Source of the DNA: Phoronis australis
Lineage: Eukaryota > Animalia > Phoronida
Length of the DNA stretch: 64,000 nt
Assembly: GCA_002633005.1 (NCBI GenBank)
Contig: NMRA01000699.1
Span: 134,037-198,036, forward strand
Direction of reading: 5' to 3'
Part shown: positions 42,095 through 55,820 of the stretch, one piece after another
Layout: every line of letters starts with the position of its first letter
Numbering within the stretch: the first letter of the stretch is position 1
Made by a program: the position numbers and the translations under genes
Notes under the pieces: model-generated
The model's input: the letters and a program-made list of their open reading frames with translations, nothing else
Told to the model about the DNA's origin: nothing
Databases searched by the model: none

Positions 42095-43102
42095 CATAGG
42101 CGGATTTAGGGGGGAGCCCAGGGAGCCCGGCCCCCCACCCCCTTGGCTGCCCCCAAAAAAATAAAACAGCAGGTGCGTAGGGTAATGTTGAGTTTATTAA
42201 TTTGCCCCGGTAATTAAAATTTTACTGATGAAAAAAGATTTAAATGTGTGCAGTTTTAGTGTTTGGCGGAGGGTGCTCAGATCCAATTTCAAGTGTCAAA
42301 TTCGGAACACGGCGCATTCGTAACGGAACTATGGCTAAGTGTAGGCTCTCCGCGATATCCCAGGCGACCGGCAGTGGAGCTGCGCACTATGACTCCGTTT
42401 CTGTCGTCTGCTCCACTGTGCAATGAAGAAAATTTACTTCATTTTTTTAAAGAAAATGGAACTTGAGTGACGATGAAAAAACAGAAGCTGCTGGTAAGAG
42501 GTGAATTTTAATTGAAACCTTAGTGAATCACTCAGAAACTCATTAAGTCTTTCTTTGACAAACCTTAACTTAAGACGATTTCCGAACCAATCCCGTCATT
42601 ATTGCCAACACGAAAAACGGATTTGTTCTTTTAGGCATTTGAAGACTACTTTAAATACAACAAATTTGTTAAGAACCGATTGCACAAAATATAAAACGTT
42701 TAATAAACATTACAAAAAGAGGTAGGTTTCGCGCGCAAACGCTGTGGACCATAAAGAAGCAGGTCTCTTAGTTAAAGATCGTGGTGGTGTAGTGGTAAAG
42801 CACGCGCGCCGTATCATCCAGGTCTTGAGTTCGAGACTGTGGAACTCGCAGTTTTTCCTGTGTGACACGTTCTCCGTGTCTTTTTTTTTGCCTTTTTTCT
42901 TGGATTATACATCAGAAATCAAGGAAAATGCTTGCTTTTTAGAGGAAAAAACAGAAAAATTTCCTGGGCGGGAGGGGGGCAAACCCCCTCCCGATCTCCC
43001 CCCATTAGGTGCTATGCGCATCTACAATCGTGGTTTGCGCAAATGCTTACAGCCGGACAAAATGTTGGGCCCCCCCCTTGTGATATCCTAGATCCGCCAC
43101 TG
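42095..43102 (+). mobile_element. Non-autonomous hAT-type element with 5-bp TSD (hAT5-like)
   Basis: Termini CATAGGCGGATTTAGG...CCTAGATCCGCCACTG with a perfect TSD CACAG. Contains a tRNA-like segment at 42780-42850. Confidence 0.85.
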
Positions 43103-44799
43103 CACAGTAGTTTATACCTTCAAGTAATTCTCGTTATTCAAGTCGTATTTCGGTCGACCACCATATCCCTACTGAATGGACGCGTCGTTCATATACATTT
43201 AAGATCGCACTGGTGTATCAGGATCTATCTCTTAACAGCTGTCCTTCTTCAGTCAGAAATTAATGACTACATGTACGCAGCTTACAGTTCTATCCGAACT
43301 GCTAGCCAATGTTCTAAAAGAGGTAATAGCATATAATTTGGTCAGATAGAATACTATCTGAGGGCCAATCCACAGAGTACTTAAGACATGATCTACTCCT
43401 TTGGTGGTAAATTTTCCCCAATTGCTTTTTAGCATGGTTAAATTGTGTTGTGAAACTCCCTTACAATGGAAACTTTCCATGTGCAGAAATGAAATATGAA
43501 TAATTGTCAGGAAACAACGATCGACAAATAAGTTTGCAGCAATCGCCGTCGAGGCTTTTTAGTCTAGCGCGGCTATACCGACGAGCTTTTCTCACTTGTT
43601 AGGTTCAGGTCAACTCGTTTCAACTCTTGGGTATTACATGTTCGTCAAGCAGGGTTGCCTTTGGAAATGTACTGAGGAGTTAATTCAAATATTTAGCCAA
43701 AAAAGTTTCAATCCAATGGGTAACTAACTGGATTACAACATTGTAGTTTATCCCATACCCGTTGAATCAGTCGAGGGAACTACGGCCATGTAGTAAGGTT
43801 TTCAGTATTCATCTCTGCACTACTTCAACAGCAAACTCTGACATGGAAAGTTCAAAAGGTAGGCCAATATCGACTTGACGTTGATAGCTGGGTCGATCAT
43901 TAAAATTTCGGGAAATAGTTTACAGTAATACAATTGTTAAAGTGTAAATAACACTCAACATGCAATGAAGTCTCAGTCGTAACATCTGGAACAGGACTGT
44001 TAATTATATGACAGTTCTGTCTCAGTTTTCAATTGCTAAATAGTATAATATCGTCTTTAATCCAGGCGCCGATTCCTCAGTAGCTACAATATCAAATATT
44101 GTTGTTATTTAAGTATTTTTAGGAGATGTTACAACTTCAATTCACAGTTACCGTTGTTTTCATCTTTGTTGTCTCTTTTCAGGTAATAAATCATTGCCTT
44201 TCAATTTGTTTCTTTTACTAGGGAATACTTGCAACCTAACGCGCAAGTACATACATATAGGATGTGATCCATCACGTGAACAGTGTGAGTGAAGTTTTTA
44301 AAAAATCTGCCGAAGAAATGAAAAAAATAGGAATTCGAAACGTATGGGATAAATACAAAACGTACATGTACCTCGATTAGCGTAGATGATGAACATGTAA
44401 TATCCCACTCGACATTACTCCGCCTATCGACCGAGACCGAAACAACAAAGAATAAAAAAGAAGTGGTAAGGGTTCGTGTTTTATCTATGCATTTAATGAC
44501 GATCGTCTTCGAGTAATGGGAGTTTTTCTCACGCAGTTTAAGACGGTTACCATTAGAAACACGGTCAACAATTCCAAAGCAGTGTTCAACGGCGGCTAAC
44601 CTGCAAGCATCATTACGTTATATTTGAGAATTCTTGAACTTTGTATTGTATAGGTTTCACTGTTTACTGGCTTTTTCCTGCTTGTGATATAATTTTGTCC
44701 TGATTTTTTTGTACACTGATTATTTGGGAATAAACATTTGAATATGCGGGACGGTTTCTATAGAAATACCTGACAATTACTTGTAAAAAAGATTAAAAA

Positions 44800-45900
44800 C
44801 CCTCAAGAAGAGCCATTCACTGAATCCACAGAGAGAACCAGGTGAGAAAGACTTTGGGAAGTGGACAAGGGACTTCGTTGAGCTCAAGCCGATTGACTAT
44901 CAGAGCCACTCTCGTGACATGTCCCACAGTGTCGGGATAGTCAGGATACAGTTTTGCAACGAATAGATGCCATAACTAAACAGTTAAAAAAGTTGAACAA
45001 TCTTGACGAACTGTCAACAAAAGTGAAAACTTTGAATTTTATTGTGAATGAGCTAAATGTAATTGATATGAGCGACCTGAAAAAAAGAAAATGCTACCCT
45101 TAAGTAAATAACGTCAAACTTGGAGGAAAAACGTACGCGAAGGGCCGATCTCGCCTCGATCTATGGAACTACTGTAAATATGAATTAAATAACATAGAGA
45201 GACATGGGTAGATTGTGAAGCTAAAGAGAAAGGTTTTTCCACGAAAAAAATGAAATTGCAAAGCCCGATTCCATCCAATAGAAAGGACACACGTGTTGCC
45301 TAGACCGGATGGAGTCAAAATGTCAGTCGTTACGAAACCAAAACATCTTTAACATATTTAAAGATAAAGAGATCCTAAAATTGGCCAGGGAAAAGCTGTG
45401 GAATTTTGCCTAACGCATTATGCAAGGCTATTTAACCAACGGTAAGAGATACCCGTGTAAAACTTGGTAAATAACTATTGGATGCCGGGTGGCAAAGGTA
45501 GAGAAACCTAGATCAAGTTCGGCAGAAAAACGTACTTATACAGTACTATGAAAACCAAGAAGACATCGTTCAGTTTCACACCAGCAGAGAACGGGAAAAT
45601 GGCCAAGGTCCGTCAAAAATTTTGGAACAATGATTGAAGTTCTCGGCCGGAACGTTCACGGACTCAGAAACAAGTTTTCAAAACAAGATTTTTTAGGATA
45701 CTTCCGAGTTCGAGTGAAAATGAGTTCGAACTGAATGGTTACACATGCATTGCCAAGGCTAGGCAAGGAAAAAGAAATAACATTAAAATTGCTAAAGATC
45801 AATTATCTGCAGATTTAGATGTGTATCAGTGCAATTCGAAAGACATGATGTCATTGTGGGTGTGGGCCGAAAACCTGTGCACTTAGCTACAGTACCACAC
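44800..45900 (+). mobile_element. Degraded LINE 5' region (ORF1 and start of APE endonuclease)
   Basis: Coiled-coil-like stretch, IERTHVL (IERAHRL-like), QRVRDTRVKL, then VLGRNVHGLRNKFSKQDFLGY (the WNVxGL start of APE domains). Heavily frameshifted. Confidence 0.55.
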
Positions 45901-48310
45901 AGGTCAAGATAACGCTAACAAACTGATTTTTGAGCAAATAGAAATTATATTAGTTGAATAGAAGTCTTTATAACAACAGGGTAACATACATGTACACTGT
46001 AGCTATTCTTTGCAACATTTCTCCCTCACAAGTATGGGTACAAAGTACTCTCGTTATGAACAACATGCATGTGCGTCGGGGTACTACGAAAATAGTCTAG
46101 TTCGCCGGGATAGTGTAATTGTTCACAAACGGTAAGTCGATGTCTTCAACAAGCGTCTCTGCTGACCCGAACAAAGCAGTCATCCAAGATTGTGTAGATA
46201 GAATAGCAAATGCAACCGAATCGATTTAAAGATTGCACGCGTCCGGAATTTAGTGTGCGCAAAGCCTACTGGGATTGATAGATGTATTAGGAATGGCTGA
46301 TTGATTTGCACGACGTGTGATTTGTGTGCATTAAACTACGCTGCTGTCTGTAATTCTGCCGCTATTCGCCCTAATAAGCGCCTATGCCCCTATAAGTGCC
46401 CCCACGCGTTTTCAGATTTCGCTAAAGTAAGTGTTCAGCCAATGAACTACACTTTTATGCGAAAAATGCCTTACCTGCAGTTCTATAATTCTACAGTAAC
46501 GTCTCCTATTTATCATTAAGATCCGACAGTCCTGAATTTGTAGACCAAGAGCCTCGCCGCTATGTCAGCGTTTAGCCGCGACTATAAACTGCAAACTTAC
46601 ACCGTAATTCAAAAAGAACGCAAAAGAATTGCTGCTCTTGCGAGTAATGTGTCCCATTATGATCTTGACTTTCGAAACAGACGCAGCGTACTTTTCAGCG
46701 AGATTGTATCTTTCCAGTACAGATCTTCTCCCTCAACAGGAGTCCAAACTTCTTTGTACATGTACATGTGAAAACCGCGAATCGAAGATAAATAAAAAAT
46801 TGACCAGTGTTAGCACGAAGCCAAGAAGCGCGCGCTATATAATGTACCGGCTGTCATCGCAGACAGTGAGGAACTATCTATTCATGAAACGGGTAACATA
46901 GTATCGGCAAGAAATAAATATTGGCACTAATTTCCGAAAGTTTCTAATACCGTAAAAAGCTTTAGCATTATTTTTAAGAGAAACAATTATCTAGTTAATA
47001 ACAATTGGAGTTTTTAAAGCCAAAGTGACCCACTGATAGTGAACACATTCGCACCCTTACACCTAGAATCTCCCGGAAAATAGCTGTTACACTACACATC
47101 CAGTAACCCGGCGACTCAAATGAGTGACATTTAATGTCGGCCTCACAGAAACAATTCTCGAACATTTTTCGCAGATGAGGCCAGCAAGTGCTAAATGGTA
47201 AAACACGTTCTGCTTTACTGCTACAGCTAATTTCTTTGGTTATAATGCGCACCTAGACCGTTTCATCTGGCAAATGAAGTCTGATGACAAGCACACGCAC
47301 GCTTACTCTCACACACACACGCAGACGAACTTCAAAGCAAACGTGTGTTCCTCCAGATTTTTCTAGTGTTGCGGGCTTCGATATAGCGCAGATTTGGACT
47401 TAATCTGTACTTAATCCAGATTCCACAAGGATTAAAAATCTTAGAGACGCTATTTGGAAACTTAAAGGAAAACGCCACCCAAAAACAGCCTAGTTTGTAT
47501 CAGTTTAGATCGAGCAGTTCCACTCGATAACTGCAAGCACAGTTCTTTTACCTCACACCTGACGGCAGACAGAGGTGTTGAAATTAACAAAATGACGTCA
47601 GAGGTTCAAACGCAGTCTGTTCACAGCAGTTCACAACACGCTTACTGGTCTCAGCTTATCGCTTGAATTCATAGTATTACTCCAACACCCCGGCCAACCC
47701 GCGATCGAGAACGCCCGGAAAACGATCGACCACGAAATTTGGCTCAAGAAGCGAAGCCAGGCAAGGTGAGTAAATTTGATGAATTTTCGTTGTTTTTGCT
47801 TCCTGTGTAAAACAGAGATATGAGTTCAAGGCGCAACACATTGAGTAAGGGCAGGTATAGCTTTTGGCTAGTGCCTCTTCCAAATATACATGTAGGATAA
47901 AAGTTACAATGACCGAGGAATGGCATGGGCCGAAGGCGATTTGTGTCATTTTTGGCAAATTGCCGTTATTTTTGGCTCTAAATTAATAAATTGACCATGG
48001 AGTTATGAAGAAATGACGTGTGAAAATATAACGCAACGCTTGTTTTCTGTAGTTTTGTCAGGATCTCTGATTTTTCGACAATTTTCTGATGAAAGATGCG
48101 ATCGAGAAGGCAACGATAAGCGATCTGGAACCCAAATTTGTGTTTTGTTAATGCGATCGGGAACGCATTGTGGTGTGTCAAACAGTAATGAACTTTTTTT
48201 CCTATTAAACGTGAAAAAGGTTACAAAACAAGTGTGGTGCAACCACAATTTGCGCCATTACTGTGTTACTTTCGAATCAAAACTGAACAACAGCATACAT
48301 GTAGCTTATT

Positions 48311-48456
48311 CATGGGCGGCGCACCGTGGGGGGGTGGGGGGCTATAGCCCCCATTTTTTCAGTGCTATGCCGCACATGGTCTATAGGCGGTGCACCACAG
48401 GGGGCTGAGGGGGCTTTAACACCCCAAAAACTTTTTCCAGTGCTGCGCCGACCATG
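48311..48456. mobile_element. hAT-type MITE with probable 5-bp TSD
   Basis: CATGGGCGGCGCAC...GTGCTGCGCCGACCATG with flanks TTATT/ATATT. Confidence 0.65.
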
Positions 48457-50104
48457 ATATTTCCATTAAATCGCCGTGAGCACTACATGTACATCAAGCA
48501 TCATTTTAGTTTCAGAAACGAAATTACTTCATTACAGGAAACGAGTTCAGTTATTGTGAGGCGAGCTTCAACGAACATGTTACCGACGACGTGATGGTAC
48601 ACCCTACCAGGGTTTTCAAATACGGACATCAACTTTTAGACGAAACCACTGAAAACAATTACTTTCTAAACTGAAGACTCGCCCAGGAGTTGTTCCATGT
48701 GGCCCGTCAGCCAGGGGTAAACAAATCGTTGCAGCAGATGAAACCGAGTGTAGAATCTTCTTGTAAAATTGTGACAGCAAAAGGAAAAAAACGAATAGCC
48801 AGCGAAGTCAAAGAATGATGATGAGCTTGCCCATGGGGAAAGAGGGGACTGCGGCAACACATCACGAGATGATTCAAAGATTCTCACTCAAAAACTTCTG
48901 GGATCTAAAAATTGGACAGAAGTTGTGTAAACTTGTGTGTTGATAAAACGGGTGGGATTTTACTTGATGTTTTACTGATCACATCGATATAGAGAAGAAC
49001 AGATTGACTTAATTGCGGCACCCGTGTGGCTTGAATGTACGTTGTGTTTGTCTTTTCTGATTTTAAGTCTTGGTCCTAAAATCACAAGTTCATGATCTTC
49101 AGTTTAATGTGACATTGAAAAAGATTGAGACAGTTATATGTACTATATTGTGATTTTCTCAAAACATAGTCAACGTGTTGTCATTAACGTCACTTCAACT
49201 ACACACTGTAGTGACTTACACAGGAAATCAACAACATGATAGCATTTCTATTATAACATTAATCTTTTACCACACATACCTCGAAATTGGTCATAGAAAT
49301 ATATGTATTATTGCTTTAGGGAAATCAGTATTACAACTCCATTGAGCATTTCCTATACTTTTGCAATGTGCTAGGCTAAATTATCACTGAATGATATATT
49401 TAAGACTGATTGATAGTATAACAGACTCTCACAGGAAATCAATCATATTATGAAAGCAATTTCTACAATAATCATGGACATATATTTTCTTTTAAAATAC
49501 TAATTAGTTAAAACAATTGTGTCTAAGTGTTGCCCAATGACACTCAGTATGGCCACATGAATCTACGTGAACACTACACTGGTTCTGTTAAATATCCTGT
49601 TGGAATAACACAAATATGTACAGAAACATGAGGAAAAAGGTTCAAAACAAAACGTCAAAATACTATCACATTAGACAAGTACCAACCATAAACTTTGTAA
49701 ATCTGAATAAACTATAGTGACTTAACAACCTTCACCACTGGACTTAATGATTTCATTCATGACGTTTCTGTTTCTTATGCCTGTAGAAGGAGGCATACTG
49801 TTTGCATGACATGCCACATTCATCACAAAAAGGAGTGTCCCCGTGCTGTGACGCAATGTATCGCGTCAGGCTCATTCTTTCGTGAAACATTGATCACAGA
49901 TGGGACAACCAGTGAATCGTTTTGCTTCCTGAGCACGATGCTTCGTGTTGTGTTTTCCTATATGGACAAAAGAAATCTTGATGCATGCAACGCGTCAATC
50001 ACAGGGCTGGTAAAGGTCTTGCTGGTTAAAGTGTCACTGTGTTTTATTGCCATGTGGTCGTACTAAGGCGATTTCTTTAGTTCCTCAACGAAGCTCCACA
50101 ACGC

Positions 50105-50106
<2 letters not shown>

Positions 50107-50145
<39 letters not shown>
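50107..50145 (+). repeat. (CA)n microsatellite
   Basis: Pure CA run. Confidence 0.95.
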
Positions 50146-50147
<2 letters not shown>

Positions 50148-51022
50148 CTTTGTGACATGCAGCCTGTGTACTACTCTTTTTTGAAGGCGTAGACTTAACA
50201 CCCTGAAGGACTCGCCCTATGGATACAGTTCAACTGAAAAAAATCAAACGTACATGTATTCAGTTGTGTTTGTTAGGCTAAATCTCACAAAGAAATCATG
50301 AGAAAAACAGTGAAATATAATTAATGATTAATAATAAATCCATCAACTAATTCACGGTCCGTATTATTCTAAAATTATTGACATGATACCGTAACTTGAA
50401 CGACTATTCGGGCCAATGTATAGGAAAAATGTGCGTTCACGATCGCCTTTTTGCGTTCACGATCGCTATAGAGAATTAACGACTTCGTTCCCAATTGCCG
50501 TCGAACACAAGGACCTGCTTGTATTGGTAAATATCTCGAATTGTTTCACAAACCATAACTAACAAAGGTGTCACCAGGGACGATTTAACTATAAATGTCA
50601 CACCTTTCTACTACTATACCCTGGAATTGCTAATAACAAGTAGAATTTGTCGATTTTAGGAGGCGCAAGGCATTTTACCTAAAGCCATTGCTTTATGTGC
50701 TTTTTATTTTAAAAAATAAGCAAAAGCCAAGTGTTACATGTATTTCAGATCTACAACAAAGACTACTTTCTGATGCTTTTCTGTGTGTCGCATTGGTGTC
50801 AAATTATCCTTTATTTAAGAAGAAAGTGACATTTAAACTCACCGGGTACGTCACCGTCCTCTACAATTTTTGGTGCAAGGTCTCGTTCTCGATTGCCTTC
50901 CGGGCGTTCTCGATCGCGGGTTGGCCGGGGTGGCCTTTAGACGATAGACAGGGTCAGTTTTTCACCGGGCGACTTACATGTACATGTAAGTTGCGTTCAG
51001 TAGGTGAGTAATGCACTCCTAG

Positions 51023-53417
51023 CAGTGGCGGATCTACGTTTTCAGCAAGGGGGGTTTAGGATTCCCGCCAAGATCGAATCCTAGACGCATAGCGCCGAGC
51101 GGGGGGAGGTCGGGAGGGGGGTTTCCCCTCCCGTGTAAGATATCTTTTTGTTTGTGTAGCCAAATAGTGAAATTTCCATGCATCCTGGTAAGTTTCTGTC
51201 ACTTAACATGTCTCTTGAGTTTTTCTTAAGATAATTAAAAACCGTTCTCGATTTCGTCACATGAACTTGGCACATAAGTTTCGTGAAACCATATTGTGCA
51301 CATCTGGATTTGAGTCACGCCACCAGCAAAAAATTTTGTTGGAACATCTGCTTACACACACCTTTTTTAGCATACGAAAAGTCGTATACGAAAAAGTGTG
51401 GTGTGTATACTGGGGTTTAGACAACTTCCAAATATTCAAGAGCATAACTAAGGAGCACCGACGGGGCGTAAAAACTTGAATATCAGATGATCGCGTAGCA
51501 GCAGCCTCAAGTTGTTTAAGAACGAAGACCTGTACTGTTAGTCCGGAAAAAACATGTGTTCTGTCTCGTTACGAGAAAAACTGGCGAACGATGGTGCTCT
51601 CCACTCATAGTCTATTATTAAAAGCAACAATAAATAATTAGGTATCACTTTATTAAGCTGAATCACGTTGACAACAATTGAAAAACGTCAAATCTATCAG
51701 GAAACAAATCATCTGAAAACAGTTTCACGAAACCAAAACATCCTGTGCACAGTGGTGAAAAGATACACTGGACTAGTTTGCAGAGGGACCAGATGTACAC
51801 TGAGAGTACACAAAAAGCTGACCTGTTCCGTCACGAGACCAAGAGTACACCTGTGCTTATTATCCCTATAAAAATAGTCGATCTGTCGCGGGACCAAACA
51901 GTACTGGCTGAGATAAATAGTTTTACAAAGCACACTTTGGGAAAAAAAATCACAAGACTAGTTCGCCGAGGGACCAGAAGTACACTGAAACTCAACATCT
52001 ACACAAATCAAGCTGGCCTGGTCCGTCGCGAGACCTAAAGTGTACTATGCAAAAAATTTTGAATTGAAAACTTCTCTCTAAAATTTTAATCCCCAGTGGT
52101 TACTCATACGTTAGTCCTATCCTTCTGTTGTCTAGACTGCCGAGGAATTTGTATATCGGATCCAATGATTTGCTCGTCTTGGAACCATTCTACCCAGATA
52201 TCTTCGATGTTTGTTCCCAACGCTTGCACTTCGTCAACTGCTGTGTCAATGAGCTTGTAAGCCTCTACAATGTCAGCATCTCGTTTCGCAGCTCAGTTGA
52301 CACTAAGACCCTTGAGGTTGCCAAGTCCATTCAAAAGACTTACATGCGCAACTAAATTTGATCCGTTCATCATGGACTACTTCAAACCTTGACGAAGCAT
52401 CCCAGGACCTATTTGCATCTCTTGCAATTTTCGAAATAAACGTCCCAATGTCTGAACGCTTGAAACCCGAAGTACTAATATCAAATAAATGCCCATGGGC
52501 ATGAGCGTTTCATCGGGTGAGCCTTTCTGCGGAAATTCCCAGTATAGAAGACGGCAGTGTGCTTATTGCAGGTAGACAGACGGTAGGTGTTGAGGTCGGA
52601 ACTAGGGCTCCTTAGGAGGCCTATTGAACATCGCACGAGTCCCGCAAGACTTTGTTGTGAAAGAACAGCCTCCCCGCAATTTCTGGTACTGTACACTTTT
52701 CGCGAATGCGGTCACTTTCTCAATGTGAGTGCCCCCTTGGTCATTCCTTGTATAGACATAACTTGTTATAGAGTGTGTCTTCAAACGGACTCGCGACCAG
52801 ACCACGGCGCCCGCCACAATAGCAATTCTTCGGAAAAAGAATTTTTTTCAAAAATATTACATGTACATGTACACAATATTACATGTACATGTACACTGTA
52901 TGATATTGCGCAAGACAACTTTACTATACATCAGTTACAAACGTGTGGAGTGTAATATAATGACACGGCATGACAGATGAGGTAAAAACGTTGCACGTCA
53001 ATTCGCCTGAATATCAGGGTTGCGGCACCGCAGTATTTCCCCTAATCAAATCAAAATATATCTTAGAGTAAAGAAGCTAGTTACCTAAAGAAATCAGCTA
53101 TAGAACTGCTCTTTCAGCGGTGAATCCATCTAAAATGCTTGGCTACTTCAGAAGTGTCGACGGAAGCGCGCGCACAATAAATCCCCGCGCGTTTTGCCGA
53201 TGAGCCACAAAGACTCAGCAATTCACAATGCAAAAAACTATATTTTCAGAGTGAACCCCCCCCTCTCAATTTTTTCCAAGTTGGTTTACTTGGGGTTTAC
53301 ACACGCTGGCGGTGCCGTTTTTGTTTTGCTGGAGACGCTTTTTTTTTTAATTTTTGGGTACTGGCCCGAGGGGGGGTTTAAACCCCCTGAACCCCCCCCC
53401 CCGTAGATCCGCCACTG
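51023..53417 (-). mobile_element. Internally deleted hAT element (hAT5-like) with transposase remnant
   Basis: TIR CAGTGGCGGATCTACG...CGTAGATCCGCCACTG with a perfect 5-bp TSD CCTAG. The minus strand at ~52110-52335 reads LKGLSV..KRDADIVEAYKLIDTAVDEVQAL...WF...IPRQSRQQKDRTN, like PRKRIR/THAP12-type hAT transposases. Confidence 0.85.
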
Positions 53418-54123
53418 CCTAGGTCAACAATCTGCACTGTATTGTGCATCTGTAAGAGGTGAGAGCCGGGTGTTCACATTTGAGCATGATGCGTCAGCTC
53501 CAGTGACTCAATGACGAGTATCTTGCCGTAACCATATTTTGACACATTTTGGACACAATTTAGGAATGCAAATCTCACATCATAGGTTTCATGAGTTAGT
53601 TAGTGCTCTTTAAATGGCATGCGTCACACTCGACTCACCGTTGGTACTCCAGCTGCAGAAACCAAAGGTCTCGCATCATAGGCCTGCTCACCCCTCCCTA
53701 AATCTCTCTAAGCTATTCATGGACGCGCTTCACTATGAGCGACTCCATTGTCTGTAAGTGCATCGCATTGGAATAGTTTGCATACTAATAAACGTATAAT
53801 CTGACACACGGGCTACTAGCGGTTATCAACTTCAGTCCACTGGTTCGAAAAACCGGGCCGCCATGGTCTAGTACCGCTCCCGTTATACACAGCAATAACA
53901 CCTCGGAAGTGCATACACGTCTGCTTAACTGGTAGATTTTAGTTAAAAAGGACACATGGCTTTTGAACGGCACAATTCTAAATCCAGCCAATTTCAAAAT
54001 CTAACGAAGCATGAGATGGGAAATATACAGACAACATGCTGTAAGTGCCTAACAAGGTGCGTTGACGACTACCATCAAACGAATTAGCGGCAAACATTGG
54101 GCAAATACACTTAAATGGAGGAC

Positions 54124-55820
54124 TGATACACCGTAAAATGTAAGAAGTGTTACATTTTAAGTAATTGCTACGTTTTAAGGTACTTGGTCTCTCCTAAAAC
54201 GTTACAAGTTGTCACACTTTGTATAACTTTTACAATTTTCGTCGAATGCACAATCGAGAAATGTAATATCGTTACATTTTACTAAAGCGACGTCGGTATA
54301 TTTTATGAGTTTGCTTGGTACAGGTATTTGTCGCACGCAGGAAAACGGTTCACACACCTAGCGGCTCCTTTCTTGGATTGTTTGAATGAAGTTCTGTCAA
54401 ATGTGAAAGCTCGAATTAATAGGTGTGTCCCGATGTGCTTTTCATATTTTTTTAACATGAATGTTTTCTTGGTTTAGTCAATATGTACCCCGTAAAGTTT
54501 CAATTCCAGGCAAAAGGAGTTTTCAGGATCAGGTAACAACTTTGTTATTGTTGAAACGCTCTTGCAATCTTTTCTTGGCGCTCACAGGTCATAAACCAAG
54601 TGTCTATCCGACATTACAGTAAACATACTTTCCACGGTAACCACAATAGAAACTGTAACACAAAGACACCGGATTTTGGCTAATATTTGTCGTATTTCTT
54701 CGGGAAAAACGATCACCACAAATACTTTCACAGAGAACACAACATCGGAAGCCAATTTGATAGAAAATCACCCGTTTTAGTCCATCATAGACTTATTTCA
54801 GCCAGTGTTTTATAGCCGTTAAGTCATTGGCAATTGGCCCGACTGTTTCACACAAAAGGAGCGAGATCAACGTTTCTGATACCCACAGGTTCTGTCTAGC
54901 ACCTTAGTTCATTACGGTGTTGTCCCGTTGCACACAACTTGTTCGATTCTATTGCCCAACAACAAGTTGGGAAGTTTACCCCTGTAGCCAATATGTTTTT
55001 ACACGACTGATTAAATCCATTCTGGCATTTATGGTTGGAGGGTCCGCTCTCTTTTTTCGATAATTGTTCTAATCCCCAATAAGATCGTATCTACCACGAC
55101 TGGGTTGTGCTGTTAAAAATAAAAGTTAAGTTATAACATCTTTGAACATAAAGTAATAGCATTTCTGAAATTTTCGCCAAATGGTGATCATGTTTAGTTT
55201 TTGAATCGCCAAAATTGCCCAACTACAACCGAAGTTACGACAGTCTATTCTTTTCGAATACACCAATTCACTGTGAGTTTGACTGTGTTCACCAGTGGTA
55301 ATAAGCCTGGTAGATAACTGGCCTGCTTGTTGTCGTAACAGACAAGAGTGTGCGTGGAAGCTAACAAAGAAGCTAGATGTTATCACACGCTCAGAACCCC
55401 CTACGTCTGGTAAAGTCACTGAACAGGAAAACGCTGTCATGGTAAAAATCTGTTGATGAAGTACATCTCACCGATGTACGGGGCAAGTTTCTTATGAAGC
55501 GCACCATTCCTGCGGACTACAGAAGCATGTAATTCCTCGTTCTTTCAAAAATACTCGAGTATTCCCGGCCGTATCAAACTCAACTTGTTCGTGATTTTGG
55601 TCATTAATTTTGTATCATTTCGTTGGTTTCGTAAAAGGTAACATAGCACATTTCTCGCGTGTACATTCGACGTAAAATATAACAATTACGTAAAATGTAA
55701 CAACTTCATAAATTTCAGGAAAGGCTTACCAACGTAACACGTAATAATGTCGGCAAATGTTCATTTGTATAAACTAACTGTTGTTACATTTTATAATATT
55801 GCCACTTTTTCCGGCTTTTC
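54124..55820. mobile_element. Probable decayed TIR element with GTTACATTTT/AAAATGTAAC subterminal repeats
   Basis: The motif is clustered at 54130-54285 and 55670-55815. Left end TGATACACCGTAAAATGT, right end TTTTTCCGG. The interior is not recognisable. Confidence 0.4.

Larger units (their letters stand above)
47686..50932. mobile_element. 3.2-kb non-autonomous TIR element with CAC...GTG termini and subterminal repeats
   Basis: Perfect 35-bp inverted repeat CACCCCGGCCAACCCGCGATCGAGAACGCCCGGAA. GCGATCGRGAA-like motifs recur at ~48100-48165 and inverted at ~50433-50467. No TSD seen. Confidence 0.7.

Noticed and set aside
42780-42850. Functional tRNA gene
   Set aside because: I could not fold a convincing cloverleaf, and it lies inside a repeated transposon.
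42095-53417. ProtoRAG/Transib interpretation of the 5-bp TSD elements
   Set aside because: The termini are CAG/CAT rather than RSS-like CAC heptamers, no RAG-like peptide is present, and the internal remnant is hAT-like.
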